Notes under the pieces: generated by a model
Databases searched by the model: none
What the model saw: the letters and a program-made list of their open reading frames with translations, nothing else
What the model was told of the DNA's origin: nothing
Translations under genes and position numbers: made by a program
Shown here: positions 40,603 through 50,373 of the stretch, piece after piece
How the letters are laid out: every line of letters begins with the position of its first letter
How positions within the stretch are numbered: position 1 is the stretch's first letter
Origin: Planctomycetota bacterium
GTDB lineage: Bacteria > Planctomycetota > UBA1135 > UBA2386
DNA length: 64,000 nt
Direction: 5' to 3'
Assembly: GCA_965223545.1 (NCBI GenBank)
Contig: OZ245006.1
Location: forward strand, 6,432,001-6,496,000

Positions 40603-41742
40603 TCACCTCTTCTCGCGCAGCCGCCGGATCACGCCGTCGTGGGCGCCGAACCACACCGATTCACCCACCGCGGTCGGCGAGCTCCAGACGGTGGCGCCGG
40701 TCTCGAACCGCCACCGGACCGCGCCGCTCTTGCGGTCGACAGCGAACAGCGCTCCCGGCTCGTCGCCGCCGGCGCCGCCACCGCCGACGTAGACGAGGTG
40801 CCCGACGATGGCCGGGCTGCCGAGGATGCGGCCACCGAGGTCGGTGCGCCAACGCAGCGCACCGTCGGCACACGACAACGCGTACAGGTGATGGTCGTCG
40901 GAGCCGACGTACAGCACACCGTCGCCGGCGGCGATTGCGGGAGAGGAGAACACGGCGCCGCCCGTGGTGTAGCGCCAGCGCTCGGCTCCAGTGCGGTGGT
41001 CGAGGGCGTACACGCGGTGGTCATCGGAGCCGACGAACACCAGATCGTCGTGGACCGCAGGCGAGCACCAGACCGCGTCCTCCGTGGTAAACCGCCAGCG
41101 CTCCGTTCCCGAGTCGGCGTCCAGGGCGTAGACGTTGCCGTCGCGCGAGCCGATCACCACCGTGCCGTCGGCGACGGCGGGCGACGACAAGATCTGGCCG
41201 CCGGTCTCGAACTTCCAGCGCAACACGCCGTCCGCGGCGCCGACCGCGTAGACCCAATGGTCGAAGGCGCCGAAGTAGCACACCCCGTCGACGATCGCCG
41301 GCGACGACTGCTCGCCGCCGGGGCCCAGCGCGATCGACCAGCGCAGCGCACCGGTCTGAGCGTCCAGGGCGTAGAACCGGTCGTCGTCCGCGCCGAAATA
41401 GACCGTGCCGTCGGCGACCGATGGCGAGGCGCGCACCAGCCCCTCGACGCGAAAGCGCCAGCGCTCCGCGCCGGAAGCGGCGTCCAGAGCCAGGAGGTGG
41501 TCGGCGAATGTGCCGCAGTACAGCATCCCGTCGACGACGGTGGGCGACGATTCGACGGTGCCGCCGGTATCGAACGCCCAGACCAGCTCCGGCGTGTGGA
41601 TCGGTCGTGCCCCAGGCGCGGTGCCCGAATGGCGCGGACCGTTGCGAAACTGGGACCAGTGCGTCGGCATGTCAGTGGGGGGAGTGTGACAGCCAAGCAG
41701 TCCGCCGGCGAGCAGCAGGAAAGTCCAGGCTCGGGCCGGCAT
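40603..41742 (-). CDS. PQQ-binding-like beta-propeller repeat lipoprotein (BamB-like fold)
   Basis: Lipobox-like LLGC; WSQFRNGPRHSG; about eight repeats of SSP-x-V-x-DG-x-VYFG-x-DD-xx-YALDA-x-TG-xx-RW. Confidence 0.88.
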   Translation of the reverse strand: MPARAWTFLLLAGGLLGCHTPPTDMPTHWSQFRNGPRHSGTAPGARPIHTPELVWAFDTGGTVESSPTVVDGMLYCGTFADHLLALDAASGAERWRFRVEGLVRASPSVADGTVYFGADDDRFYALDAQTGALRWSIALGPGGEQSSPAIVDGVCYFGAFDHWVYAVGAADGVLRWKFETGGQILSSPAVADGTVVIGSRDGNVYALDADSGTERWRFTTEDAVWCSPAVHDDLVFVGSDDHRVYALDHRTGAERWRYTTGGAVFSSPAIAAGDGVLYVGSDDHHLYALSCADGALRWRTDLGGRILGSPAIVGHLVYVGGGGAGGDEPGALFAVDRKSGAVRWRFETGATVWSSPTAVGESVWFGAHDGVIRRLREKR

Positions 41743-41807
41743 TGGGCGAGCTAGAGGGGTTCCGAGGTCAAGCTCGAGAGTCGTCGACATGGAAGGGATC
41801 GCGTCCA

Positions 41808-43673
41808 TCACTCCATGCGTTGTAAGCGCAGAATGTGCGAAGTCGACAGCTGGTGCACGACCTCGACGTCCGCGAAGCCCTCGCCGATCAGCTGTGCGCG
41901 GGCATGACCGCTGCGCCGCGCCGCGACGGGCGGGGTCTGGTGGTCGATCAGGTAACGCAGGTCGGCCGGCGGTGGGCCCGCGCCGGCCGGGCGGTCGTCC
42001 TCGAGCGGGACCCCGAGCAGGTGCAGGTAGTAGGTCACGGCCTTGTGGTCGGCCAAGTGGACCGCGGCCGCACGGCGAGCGGGATCACGAAAGTAGGCCG
42101 CCGCCGCGGGGGCGTCGGCATAGCCGATAAACCATGGCAAGCCGACTCGGTCGGGCGCACGCGCCAACACCGTGGCGTTGTGTGCCGTCATGAAGAGCGC
42201 CAGCAGCGCAGCGGCCGCGACCGCGGCGCGGGGCCTGTCCGGGCAGCAGCGGTTGGTGGCCGCCGCAGCGCCGGCGGCGGCGAGGAGCACGACCAGTACG
42301 CAGAGATACGACAAGCTCCAGGGTGGCGGCAGGGGCGCGAGAACGCCGGTGAGTACGATCCCCGCCACCGTAGCGCACGCCAACCCCGGCGCTGCGAGGG
42401 CGCCACCGGCAACGCTCGCCGCGAAGGCCCAGGCGCCGGCAGGGTGCATGCCGTGCGTCCACCACGCCCACAGCCGCGTCGCCAGCTGCGACCACTCGCC
42501 GAGCGGGTGCGCGGTGGTCAGCGCGCCGCCGTCGAACACGGAGTCGAAGCGCGTGGCCTCGAGATGGAGCCGGGGGGCGCCCGGCAGTGCGCCGATCCGA
42601 GCGAGCGCGTCGTTGTCGGGGGCCATGCAGGTGAGAGCGGGCCAGTACAGCACACCGGTCAACGCGGTCGCCCCACCGCAGGCGAGCAGGAGGCTGCGCG
42701 AACGCATCCTTCGCGCACCGCGCGGCGCGCGCAGCGCGGCCGCGGCGACGAGCAGTGCGATCGTGATGAACGGATACAGCATCACCGGGACGGCGAAGAA
42801 CCCGGCCGCCGCGATGACCGCGAACGTCGCGAGTGGCGGGCCCGTGCCTGCCCGCTGGCTTCGCCCGATCGCGGGCACCAGCGCGAGCAGCAGCAGCGTC
42901 GCGAGCTGCACCATGCTGTAGCCGCGGGCGTTGGCGGCCTGATCGACGAGATACGGCCACGTCGCCACCGCCGCGGTGGCCAACAGCGCAGCCCCACGTC
43001 CGGCGATGGCCCGGCCCGCTGCGTAGGCCGCCGGCACGCAGGCGACGCCGGCGGCGAGGGCGGGCAGCCGCAACGCCCACGGCTCGGGGCCCAGCAGACC
43101 GCAGCTGACGTGCGCGGCGAGCGAGTGCAGGATGTGGTTGTTGGTCGCCGAGTAGTCGCACACGATCTGCAGCAGCGGCTTCGCCACGAAGCTCGTGTAG
43201 GTCCACGCTTCGTCGTAGTGCACGGTTTGGCCCAGGCGGGCGGCGCCGAGCGCGAGCGCCACGATGGACATGCAGATGACGACCACCGCGTCGGCGGGCC
43301 GCGCGCGCGCTGCCGCCGCGAGGCGGCGCCCGGCGCGGGACGGCAGGGCGACGCCGCGGCGCGCGAGGTTCCACAGCCGGCGGGGCAGCTCTAGATGCGG
43401 CAGCAGCAGGAGCAACCATGCCGCTGCGCAGCCGGCCGCGGCCACGATCAGCCTTCGTTGGACCGCCGCGATGTGCGCCGCGGAGACGCGCTCCGCGCTG
43501 CCGTCGGCTGCCCAGCGATCGAGCATTCGCTCGGCATCACCGGCGTCGATGAAGGCGACGCCGAGGCTGATGGCGGCGGTGATCAACGGCACCGCGTGGA
43601 GGGCGGTGATGAACCATCGCGGTGGGCTTGCTCCAGGTGCGCGCGTCGCTTTGGCCATGGGCCGCGTGGCCAT
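41808..43673 (-). CDS. Glycosyltransferase family 39 (ArnT/PMT-like) integral membrane protein
   Basis: HYDEAWTY, NNHILHSL, EPWALRLPAL, NARGYSM and multiple TM helices (GT-C fold). Confidence 0.8.
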   Translation of the reverse strand: MATRPMAKATRAPGASPPRWFITALHAVPLITAAISLGVAFIDAGDAERMLDRWAADGSAERVSAAHIAAVQRRLIVAAAGCAAAWLLLLLPHLELPRRLWNLARRGVALPSRAGRRLAAAARARPADAVVVICMSIVALALGAARLGQTVHYDEAWTYTSFVAKPLLQIVCDYSATNNHILHSLAAHVSCGLLGPEPWALRLPALAAGVACVPAAYAAGRAIAGRGAALLATAAVATWPYLVDQAANARGYSMVQLATLLLLALVPAIGRSQRAGTGPPLATFAVIAAAGFFAVPVMLYPFITIALLVAAAALRAPRGARRMRSRSLLLACGGATALTGVLYWPALTCMAPDNDALARIGALPGAPRLHLEATRFDSVFDGGALTTAHPLGEWSQLATRLWAWWTHGMHPAGAWAFAASVAGGALAAPGLACATVAGIVLTGVLAPLPPPWSLSYLCVLVVLLAAAGAAAATNRCCPDRPRAAVAAAALLALFMTAHNATVLARAPDRVGLPWFIGYADAPAAAAYFRDPARRAAAVHLADHKAVTYYLHLLGVPLEDDRPAGAGPPPADLRYLIDHQTPPVAARRSGHARAQLIGEGFADVEVVHQLSTSHILRLQRME

Positions 43674-43758
43674 CGCATCACGATGCCAGAGGAGTGGTTC
43701 CCGGTGGCGCACTTTTGTCGGCCGGCCTCTCGGTGACCGGTAGAATCCGCGCCCCGCG

Positions 43759-44676
43759 ATGCAATGGAGTGGGTCGACCATGGTCGTCACCGGTGCGACC
43801 GGCTTTCTCGGAGCGGCGCTCGTCGCGGCGCTCGAGCGCGGTGGTGCCGATGTGCGCGGAGTGGCTCGCCGGCCGCGCCGCGGGGAGCCCGCGGTCGACG
43901 TGACCGATGCCGCGTCTCTCGACGCCGTGTTGGGCAGCAATCGCCCGGCCGATTGCGTCGTGCACACCGCGGCCCAGCAGGGGGCGAGGGCCCCGCGCGC
44001 GCGTTGCGTCGCGGTCAACGTCCACGGCACCGAGAACGTGCTGCGCGCCACGCACGCCGCAGGCGCACGGCGGTTCGTGTTCATCAGCTCGATCGCAGTG
44101 CTCGGCTTCCGCTATCCGGACGGTGCCGGCGAAGACGCCCCCTCCGTCGGTGGCGACGCCTATGCCGACAGCAAGGTCGCGGCCGAGCACGTCGTGCGTT
44201 CGCTCGCTGCAGAACTGGGCATCGAGGCGACCATCCTGCGTCTGGGCGACCTGTGGGGCGCGGGTTCGGCGGCGTGGGTCGAGCAGCCGCTGCGCCGCAT
44301 CCGCGCCGGGACCTTTCGGTGGGTCGCGGGCGGCCGCGGCAATCTGGATTTGCTGCACATCGACGATGCGGTCACCGGTGTGACTCTGGCGATGGCGCAC
44401 CCCGCCGCCGCGGGCGGCACGTTCTTTCTGACCGATGGGGCGTCCGGCACCACGGTGCGGGACTATTTCGCAGGCCTGGCGGCGGCGGCCGGGGTCGAGT
44501 TGCGCGCGCGGTCGGTGCCGGCGTCGGCAGTGCGCTGGCTCGGTGGCGGCCTGCGCTATCTCGACCGCGCGGGTTGGGTGTCGTGCGCCCGCGCCCGCCG
44601 CGACCTCGGCTACGCGCCCACCGTCGACCTCGATGCCGGCATGCGGCGATTGGCGCGGCACTTCGCGGTGCGATGA
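43759..44676 (+). CDS. NAD-dependent epimerase/dehydratase family protein
   Basis: VVTGATGFLG, VVHTAA, NVHGTENV, FVFISS, YADSK. Confidence 0.88.
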   Translation: MQWSGSTMVVTGATGFLGAALVAALERGGADVRGVARRPRRGEPAVDVTDAASLDAVLGSNRPADCVVHTAAQQGARAPRARCVAVNVHGTENVLRATHAAGARRFVFISSIAVLGFRYPDGAGEDAPSVGGDAYADSKVAAEHVVRSLAAELGIEATILRLGDLWGAGSAAWVEQPLRRIRAGTFRWVAGGRGNLDLLHIDDAVTGVTLAMAHPAAAGGTFFLTDGASGTTVRDYFAGLAAAAGVELRARSVPASAVRWLGGGLRYLDRAGWVSCARARRDLGYAPTVDLDAGMRRLARHFAVR

Positions 44677-44686
44677 TCGCAGGTCG

Positions 44687-46276
44687 TCACAGCTTGCCGG
44701 CGCGGTGGTCGTCGAGGATCGCGTCGCAGGCGCGAGCCGCCAACGCCATGATCGTCAGGCTCACGTTCTGGAAGCCCGCAGTGACGAAGCACGAGCCGTC
44801 GCCGACGTAGACGTTGGGAACGTCCCAGCAGCGCTGCTGTGGGTCGAGCACCGAGATGGCCGGATCGCGGCCCATGCGGGCGCCGCCGACCTCGTGCGCG
44901 CACGAGCCGGGGATCAGAGCTCCGCAGGGGAGGTGGGTCTGCCGGCGCAGGATGCGGTGTGCGATCCCCAGCCGCCGCGGGCGCAAGCCGCCCGCGCGGG
45001 CGATCGCATCCAGGGTGGACGCCATCGCGGCCGTCATGACCTTCTCGTTGTCGCCGTACCGCATCTCGATCCGTGCAGCCGGCATACCGTGGGCGTCGCG
45101 GCGGTGGGGATCCAAACGGATGCGGTTGTCGGCGCGCGGCAAGACCTCGCCGAATGCGGTGAGCGCCCACGCCGGCCGCTCTCGCCCGACGCTGCCCTGG
45201 ACGCCGAAGCTGCGCAGGAATCCGTCGTCGGAGGGCGTCGGCGGCGGCAGGTACACCCCGGTGATCCAGCCTCGATCGCGCGCGTCGCCCGGAGCGGGCG
45301 GTTGCGGAGTGCGCTCGGCGTCGGCGGGGCCGGTCGCGTAGACCATCGTGTGGTCCATCAGGTAGCGCCCGAGGCTGTCGGACGAGTTGCCCAGGCCGCG
45401 TTCGTGGCCGGAGCACGCCGAGTTCAGCAGGAGGCGCACCGTTTCGATGGTCGACGCACACAGCAGGACCGCGCCGCATTCGAGCACACTGCGGCTGCCG
45501 TCGCGCGCGTCGATCGTGGCCACGCCGGTCGCCCGCGTCCCGTCGGCGTTGAGCTGGATCCGCTCGGCGATGGTGTCGGCGCGCAGGTTGAGCCGGCCGG
45601 TCGCTGCGGCCGCGCGCACGCCGTGCGGGGCGTCGCCGCCGTCAAACCGTGCCACCCGCGCCTGCACCAGAGGGCGGTCCGGCCAGTCCGAGGCGAGCCG
45701 CGACCGCAGGGCGCGCTCGCCTTCCGTCAGCGCCCACGGCCCGATCACCTCGCTGTCCGGGATCGTGGGCACGCCGTCGGCGTTGCCATAGATGCCCAGC
45801 AGCTGCTCGACGCGCAGGTAGTGCGGGGCAAGCGCTTGCGAGTCGATGGGCCAGTCGATGCCCCAGCCGTCTCGCGACGCGGCGAAGAACTGGTGGTCGG
45901 ACATGCGCAGGACGACCCGCGCCCAGGTGTGGAGCCGGCCGCCGACCTGGCGCCCGCGCAGCCAGTGGAACCGTGTTCCCTGCGCGACCGTGTAGCGATT
46001 CAAGCGATCGTCCACGAACAGCGCGCGCAGCCGGCGGTCGAACAGGATCCCGCGCGCCTGGATCGGCTGGCCGCGCACCGCGCATAACGCGCGATGCACA
46101 GGGCCTGCCTGTGCCCCGGCTTGGCCTGTCGTATCCCGCGGACGAGGGCGGCGCGGGCCGGCGTCGAGCAGAGTGACGTTCAGGCCCTGCTCGGTCAGGG
46201 CTTGCGCGGCGATGCTGCCGGCCGCGCCCGCCCCGACGATGGCCACATCGCAGCTTGTTGGCAAGTGATCAGGCAC
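44687..46276 (-). CDS. GMC family FAD-dependent oxidoreductase
   Basis: DVAIVGAGAAG, GRQVGGR, ASTIETVRLLLNS, LGRYLMDH, HEVGGARMG, NVYVGDGS, NVSLTIMALAAR. Confidence 0.9.
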   Translation of the reverse strand: MPDHLPTSCDVAIVGAGAAGSIAAQALTEQGLNVTLLDAGPRRPRPRDTTGQAGAQAGPVHRALCAVRGQPIQARGILFDRRLRALFVDDRLNRYTVAQGTRFHWLRGRQVGGRLHTWARVVLRMSDHQFFAASRDGWGIDWPIDSQALAPHYLRVEQLLGIYGNADGVPTIPDSEVIGPWALTEGERALRSRLASDWPDRPLVQARVARFDGGDAPHGVRAAAATGRLNLRADTIAERIQLNADGTRATGVATIDARDGSRSVLECGAVLLCASTIETVRLLLNSACSGHERGLGNSSDSLGRYLMDHTMVYATGPADAERTPQPPAPGDARDRGWITGVYLPPPTPSDDGFLRSFGVQGSVGRERPAWALTAFGEVLPRADNRIRLDPHRRDAHGMPAARIEMRYGDNEKVMTAAMASTLDAIARAGGLRPRRLGIAHRILRRQTHLPCGALIPGSCAHEVGGARMGRDPAISVLDPQQRCWDVPNVYVGDGSCFVTAGFQNVSLTIMALAARACDAILDDHRAGKL

Positions 46277-47474
46277 CGGCAGTGCGTGGTGGCTGCCCGA
46301 GCAGGACCTCGCGCCCGGGCCGCGGGTCGCGCGGCACGTTCAGCGCGAGCACCAGCGAGCCGGCGGCCAGGCCCGCGCCCGTGAGGAACACCGCCGCCGG
46401 TGAGTGCACCCAGACGTAGCCCAGCAGAACCGGCAAGGTGACAGCGGCGATGTGATTGATGGTGAACGCGACGCCCGCAGTCGAGGCGATGTCGGCGGGG
46501 TCGGCGATCTTTTGAAAGTAGGTCTTCTGCGCGATCGCCAGCGCGAACAACAGGTGGTCGACAACGAACAGGACGACTGCGAACCAGATGGCGTCGGCGA
46601 ACGCGTAACACGTGAACACCGCGATCAAGCCGACGTACTCGACGATCAAGACGCGGCGTTCACCGAAACGCTGGACCAGTCCGCCGATGCGCGGCGCCAG
46701 CCACAGGTTGACGACGTGGTTGGCCAGCAAGAGGAGTGCCACGCGATCGGCGGTGAGGCCGAAGCGCTCGACCATGAGGAAGGCGGCGAACACGACGAAG
46801 ATCTGCCGCCTCGCGCCGCCGAAAAAGGTGAGCGCGTAGTACAGCCAATAGCGGCGGCGCAGCACCAGGTGCTTGTGCTGCGGGTGGACCGCGTCGAAGC
46901 GAGGGAACGCAAGGGCGGCGAAACATGCCAGCAGAACGGTGATACCGCCGCCGACCGCGAACACGGCCGCCATCGGCAGCCCCGCTGCGCGCAGCAGCAG
47001 CCAGACGAGGCCGAACGCCGCGATCGAGCCGAGCGACTTGGCGGCGAGCTGGCGGCCGATGAGGCGGGGCGCGCGCTCGATGGGGAGCCACTGCAGCTGC
47101 AGCGACTGCTGCATGGTCTCGAAGTAGTGGAAGCCGATCGACATCAGCACGGTCGTGGCGTACAGCCCCGCCACCGACGGGAACGCGCCGGCCAGCGCGA
47201 CGCCGACACCGAGCAATGCCAGCGAGACCACCGCCAGGAGCTGCTCGCGGACGACGATCACGACGAGCACTGCGGTGAACGCCAAGAACCCCGGCACCTC
47301 GCGCAGGGACTGCAGGGTGCCGATCTCCTCACCGGTGAACGCGGCCCGCTGGACGGCGAAGTTGTTGAGCAGGGCCTGCCAGGTGGCGAACGCGATCGGC
47401 ATCGCCAGCGCCATCAACACCAGCTGGAACTCTCGAGTGCGCAGGCGTGGGGGCAGCAGGGGGAGGGGCCGCAT
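46269..47474 (-). CDS. MFS transporter
   Basis: About 12 TM helices; LQSLREVPGFLAF, GFHYFET, GARRQIFVVFA, FTINHIAAV. Confidence 0.88.
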   Translation of the reverse strand: MRPLPLLPPRLRTREFQLVLMALAMPIAFATWQALLNNFAVQRAAFTGEEIGTLQSLREVPGFLAFTAVLVVIVVREQLLAVVSLALLGVGVALAGAFPSVAGLYATTVLMSIGFHYFETMQQSLQLQWLPIERAPRLIGRQLAAKSLGSIAAFGLVWLLLRAAGLPMAAVFAVGGGITVLLACFAALAFPRFDAVHPQHKHLVLRRRYWLYYALTFFGGARRQIFVVFAAFLMVERFGLTADRVALLLLANHVVNLWLAPRIGGLVQRFGERRVLIVEYVGLIAVFTCYAFADAIWFAVVLFVVDHLLFALAIAQKTYFQKIADPADIASTAGVAFTINHIAAVTLPVLLGYVWVHSPAAVFLTGAGLAAGSLVLALNVPRDPRPGREVLLGQPPRTAGA

Positions 47475-47557
47475 CGGGCGGTGCACCCTATCGCGGTGCG
47501 ACAGTGGCGGCGAGTGCCGCCTCAGGCAGAGGCCGGCTCCGCGCCGAAGGAACCGGT

Positions 47558-48577
47558 ATGGCCAAGCTGGGATTCGTCGGCATCACCGCGGGAGCAGCCG
47601 CTCTCGTCTGCGCCGTGTTGGGTTCGTTCTACGCCGAGGGCGGAGCGCGCGCGCGGGTAGCCGCGCCCGCGGCGGGGGCCGGCGGTCCCGTTGACGTCTT
47701 CGAGCCGCTGCGCGGCCGTCTGACTCCGTCGCACGGCTACTTCTTCGCGGTGTCGGCCGATGAGGAGTGGCTCGCCGTCGTCCACGCAGCCGCGCCCGGC
47801 GAGCAGCATCGAGTCGTGGTGCTGCACCAGCCCACCAACAAGGTTTGGAGCGCTGCCCGCGACGAATGGCTCTTGGGGGCGATCCCGGACTGCTTCAGCG
47901 CCGACAGCCAAATGCTCGTACTCGGTCGCTTCGCCGCTCCGCTGGACCCGTCGATGAGCGCCCTGCAGTTCGTCGAGGACGCGAACGATGACATCGAGCT
48001 GGCGTTTCTGGGAATGCCCGAGATCGTGGCGGGCAGGCGTTCCGGTGCGCAAGACCGCTGGGTGAGCCTGTCGCAACGAGAAGGCGAGTTCGGCGAGCTG
48101 GCGCGCAGTGCACAGGGGGTCGTCTTCGAGGAGCGCGCCGATGGCGCCGATGAGCACAGCAAGCTGCGCATTCGGCCGCCCGGTGAGGATCGCGTCGTCG
48201 ACTACACTCCGGTGCTCGATGCCGACCGAAAGCGGCTGTTGAAGGCGGCGGCCGCGCAGCCGCCAGAGCTGGGCGCAATTCTGAAGGAGCACGCGGACAC
48301 ACCGGCAACGATGCGTCTGGCGCAGCTCGCGGTTTCGCCCGACGGCAAGACCCTGGCAGCGGTGGCGACGCTCTACCGCGGGCAAGTGGGGTTTGCCGGC
48401 CGCCGCTACGGCGTCCTGATCTCGCTCGGATCCGATCGCATCGTGGCGCAGCCGTTTGCGGACAATGTGTACGGGAAGATCGTCTGGTCGCGCGATGGGG
48501 GTGGCGTCTATTTCTACAAGCAGTCCGATGACGGAAGCGACGGCACGGTGCATCGTCTGACGATCCTTGACGACTGA
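47558..48577 (+). CDS. Hypothetical exported protein, possibly a partial TolB/WD40-like propeller
   Basis: AAGG-preceded ATG, signal peptide, motifs AVSADEEWLAV, AVSPDGKTLAA, VWSRDGGGVYF. Confidence 0.6.
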   Translation: MAKLGFVGITAGAAALVCAVLGSFYAEGGARARVAAPAAGAGGPVDVFEPLRGRLTPSHGYFFAVSADEEWLAVVHAAAPGEQHRVVVLHQPTNKVWSAARDEWLLGAIPDCFSADSQMLVLGRFAAPLDPSMSALQFVEDANDDIELAFLGMPEIVAGRRSGAQDRWVSLSQREGEFGELARSAQGVVFEERADGADEHSKLRIRPPGEDRVVDYTPVLDADRKRLLKAAAAQPPELGAILKEHADTPATMRLAQLAVSPDGKTLAAVATLYRGQVGFAGRRYGVLISLGSDRIVAQPFADNVYGKIVWSRDGGGVYFYKQSDDGSDGTVHRLTILDD

Positions 48578-50300
48578 GGATCAGAGTGTCGGACCGCCCG
48601 GCGCGACCGGGCGGCCACGGGCCCCATTCCCCGCGCGACGAGGCGGGCTCCGTATCGCGGTGACCCTGCTGTCGACCGCGGTGGCTCTGGTCGTCGCCGA
48701 GGGAGCCCTCGTGCTGCTCGACCTGCCGGCGATGCGGTCCGAGCTGCACATCGACGCCGGCGATGGCTTTGCCGACCTGCACACCGATCCCGACCCGGAG
48801 CTGTTGTGGCGGGTGCGGCCCGGGTCGTACGAAGTCGAGTCGCCGACCGGAATGCGCGGCTGGGTCCCGCGAGGTTCGGCCGGCGAGCATCGCTTTCGCA
48901 TCGCGTGTGTCGGCGACTCGAGCACCTTCGGTCTCTGGAGTCGCTACGAGGACACTTGGGGCGTCCGCGTGGAGCGCGCGCTGCAGGACCTGTGGCCCGA
49001 TCGATGCGTCGAGTCCGTGCTCTGCGCCGCGCCTGGTTACTCGAGCTTCCAGTCGGTCGCGCTCTGGCGCGCCGAGGCCGCGCCCCTGGAGCCGGCGATC
49101 ACGGTTGCCTACCTAGGTGGCTGGAACGATTTCCAGAACGCAATCGGTGCGCCGGACGCCGAGCGCGCGGCGCGGCAGAGCTCGTCGCGATTGGTCGAGC
49201 TCGGCCGCCGGTGGTTGGATTCGCGGTCGTCGCTGTCGCAAGAGGACTACGCCGCCGCGTTCCGCCGGGGGGAGTCTCCGGCGGGAGTGCGAGTGCCCCT
49301 GGCGGAGTTCGAAGGCAACCTCACCGATCTCGTCGCCGACGTGCGGGCAGCTGGTGGCGCGCTCGTTCTGGTCGTACCGCCGTTGCCCTCGGAGACTGTT
49401 CGCGCGATGCCCGCCAGCCTCGACTACCCGGCCGTAGTCCGGAGGGTCGCGCAGAGCCTGGGGGTCGCGATCGTCGACGCGGCCGCGCTGTTCGAGGACC
49501 GCGGCGAAGAGGCGTTGTTCGTCGATCGAGTGCATCCGTCGCGGCGCGGCCACGAACTCCTGGCCGCGGCGGTCGTCGAGCAGATCCGCGACGTGTGTGC
49601 TCCCGCCGAGCCGCGGCGGCCGGGTTCCGCTGCGGTAGGAGGTGTCGCGCTGTGGCGCTGCGAGCCCGAGACGATCCCGGCGTTGAGCGCGCGCAGTGTG
49701 GTCGTGCATGGGCGCGGCATCGCGAGCGGCGGGATCGAGCGGGTGTGGGTCGGTCCGCGTTGGGTCGAGCAGATCGATGTCCTCGATGACCAGCGGCTGC
49801 ATCTCACGCTGCGCCGCGGCTTGCCTCCGGGCGAACACGGAATCGAGCTCGTCTCCGGCAGGGGCCGCCAGCGCACGGCGGCGGTGCTCCAGGTGAAGGG
49901 GTTCGAGCCACCGGCGCTGGAGGTTCGGGTGGCGGACTCGACGCCGGAACGCGTTCGGCTCCACTTGCGCTGCCAGCCTCCACCGCAGTGCATGATCGCC
50001 GTTTGGCTGGCGCCCGGGTTGTCGGCGTCGCCGGCCGAGACCGCGTTTGGACCGTTCTGGCTGTCGGGTACGTCGTCGGCGCCAGCTCTGGCCCCTGGTG
50101 CCGGATTCGGCGACTACCGGCGGCTGGCGTGGCCCCGGGCGATGGCGATCAGTGGTCGCGGTGGTTTCGACGCGGTGCTCGAAGTGTCGCCATCGTCCTT
50201 GTCCGCGGACGGGACCGCGCATTTGCAGGGGTTGGTGGTCGATCTGTTCGACCCGACGATCGGCACGGTGACGGCTCGACTGCGCGTCGATACCCGGTGA
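48567..50300 (+). CDS. SGNH/GDSL hydrolase with N-terminal TM anchor, IPT/TIG-like domain and C-terminal shared-module-like region
   Basis: IACVGDSSTFG (block I), PGYSSFQ, GGWND, FVDRVHPSRRGH (DxxH). Confidence 0.85.
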   Translation: MTTEDQSVGPPGATGRPRAPFPARRGGLRIAVTLLSTAVALVVAEGALVLLDLPAMRSELHIDAGDGFADLHTDPDPELLWRVRPGSYEVESPTGMRGWVPRGSAGEHRFRIACVGDSSTFGLWSRYEDTWGVRVERALQDLWPDRCVESVLCAAPGYSSFQSVALWRAEAAPLEPAITVAYLGGWNDFQNAIGAPDAERAARQSSSRLVELGRRWLDSRSSLSQEDYAAAFRRGESPAGVRVPLAEFEGNLTDLVADVRAAGGALVLVVPPLPSETVRAMPASLDYPAVVRRVAQSLGVAIVDAAALFEDRGEEALFVDRVHPSRRGHELLAAAVVEQIRDVCAPAEPRRPGSAAVGGVALWRCEPETIPALSARSVVVHGRGIASGGIERVWVGPRWVEQIDVLDDQRLHLTLRRGLPPGEHGIELVSGRGRQRTAAVLQVKGFEPPALEVRVADSTPERVRLHLRCQPPPQCMIAVWLAPGLSASPAETAFGPFWLSGTSSAPALAPGAGFGDYRRLAWPRAMAISGRGGFDAVLEVSPSSLSADGTAHLQGLVVDLFDPTIGTVTARLRVDTR

Positions 50301-50373
50301 AGTGCGCGTCGTCCAAGCCGGACTCGCGCGGCGAGGGCGCGTCGCGTAGAGAATGCGTCCCGGAGCCCACACC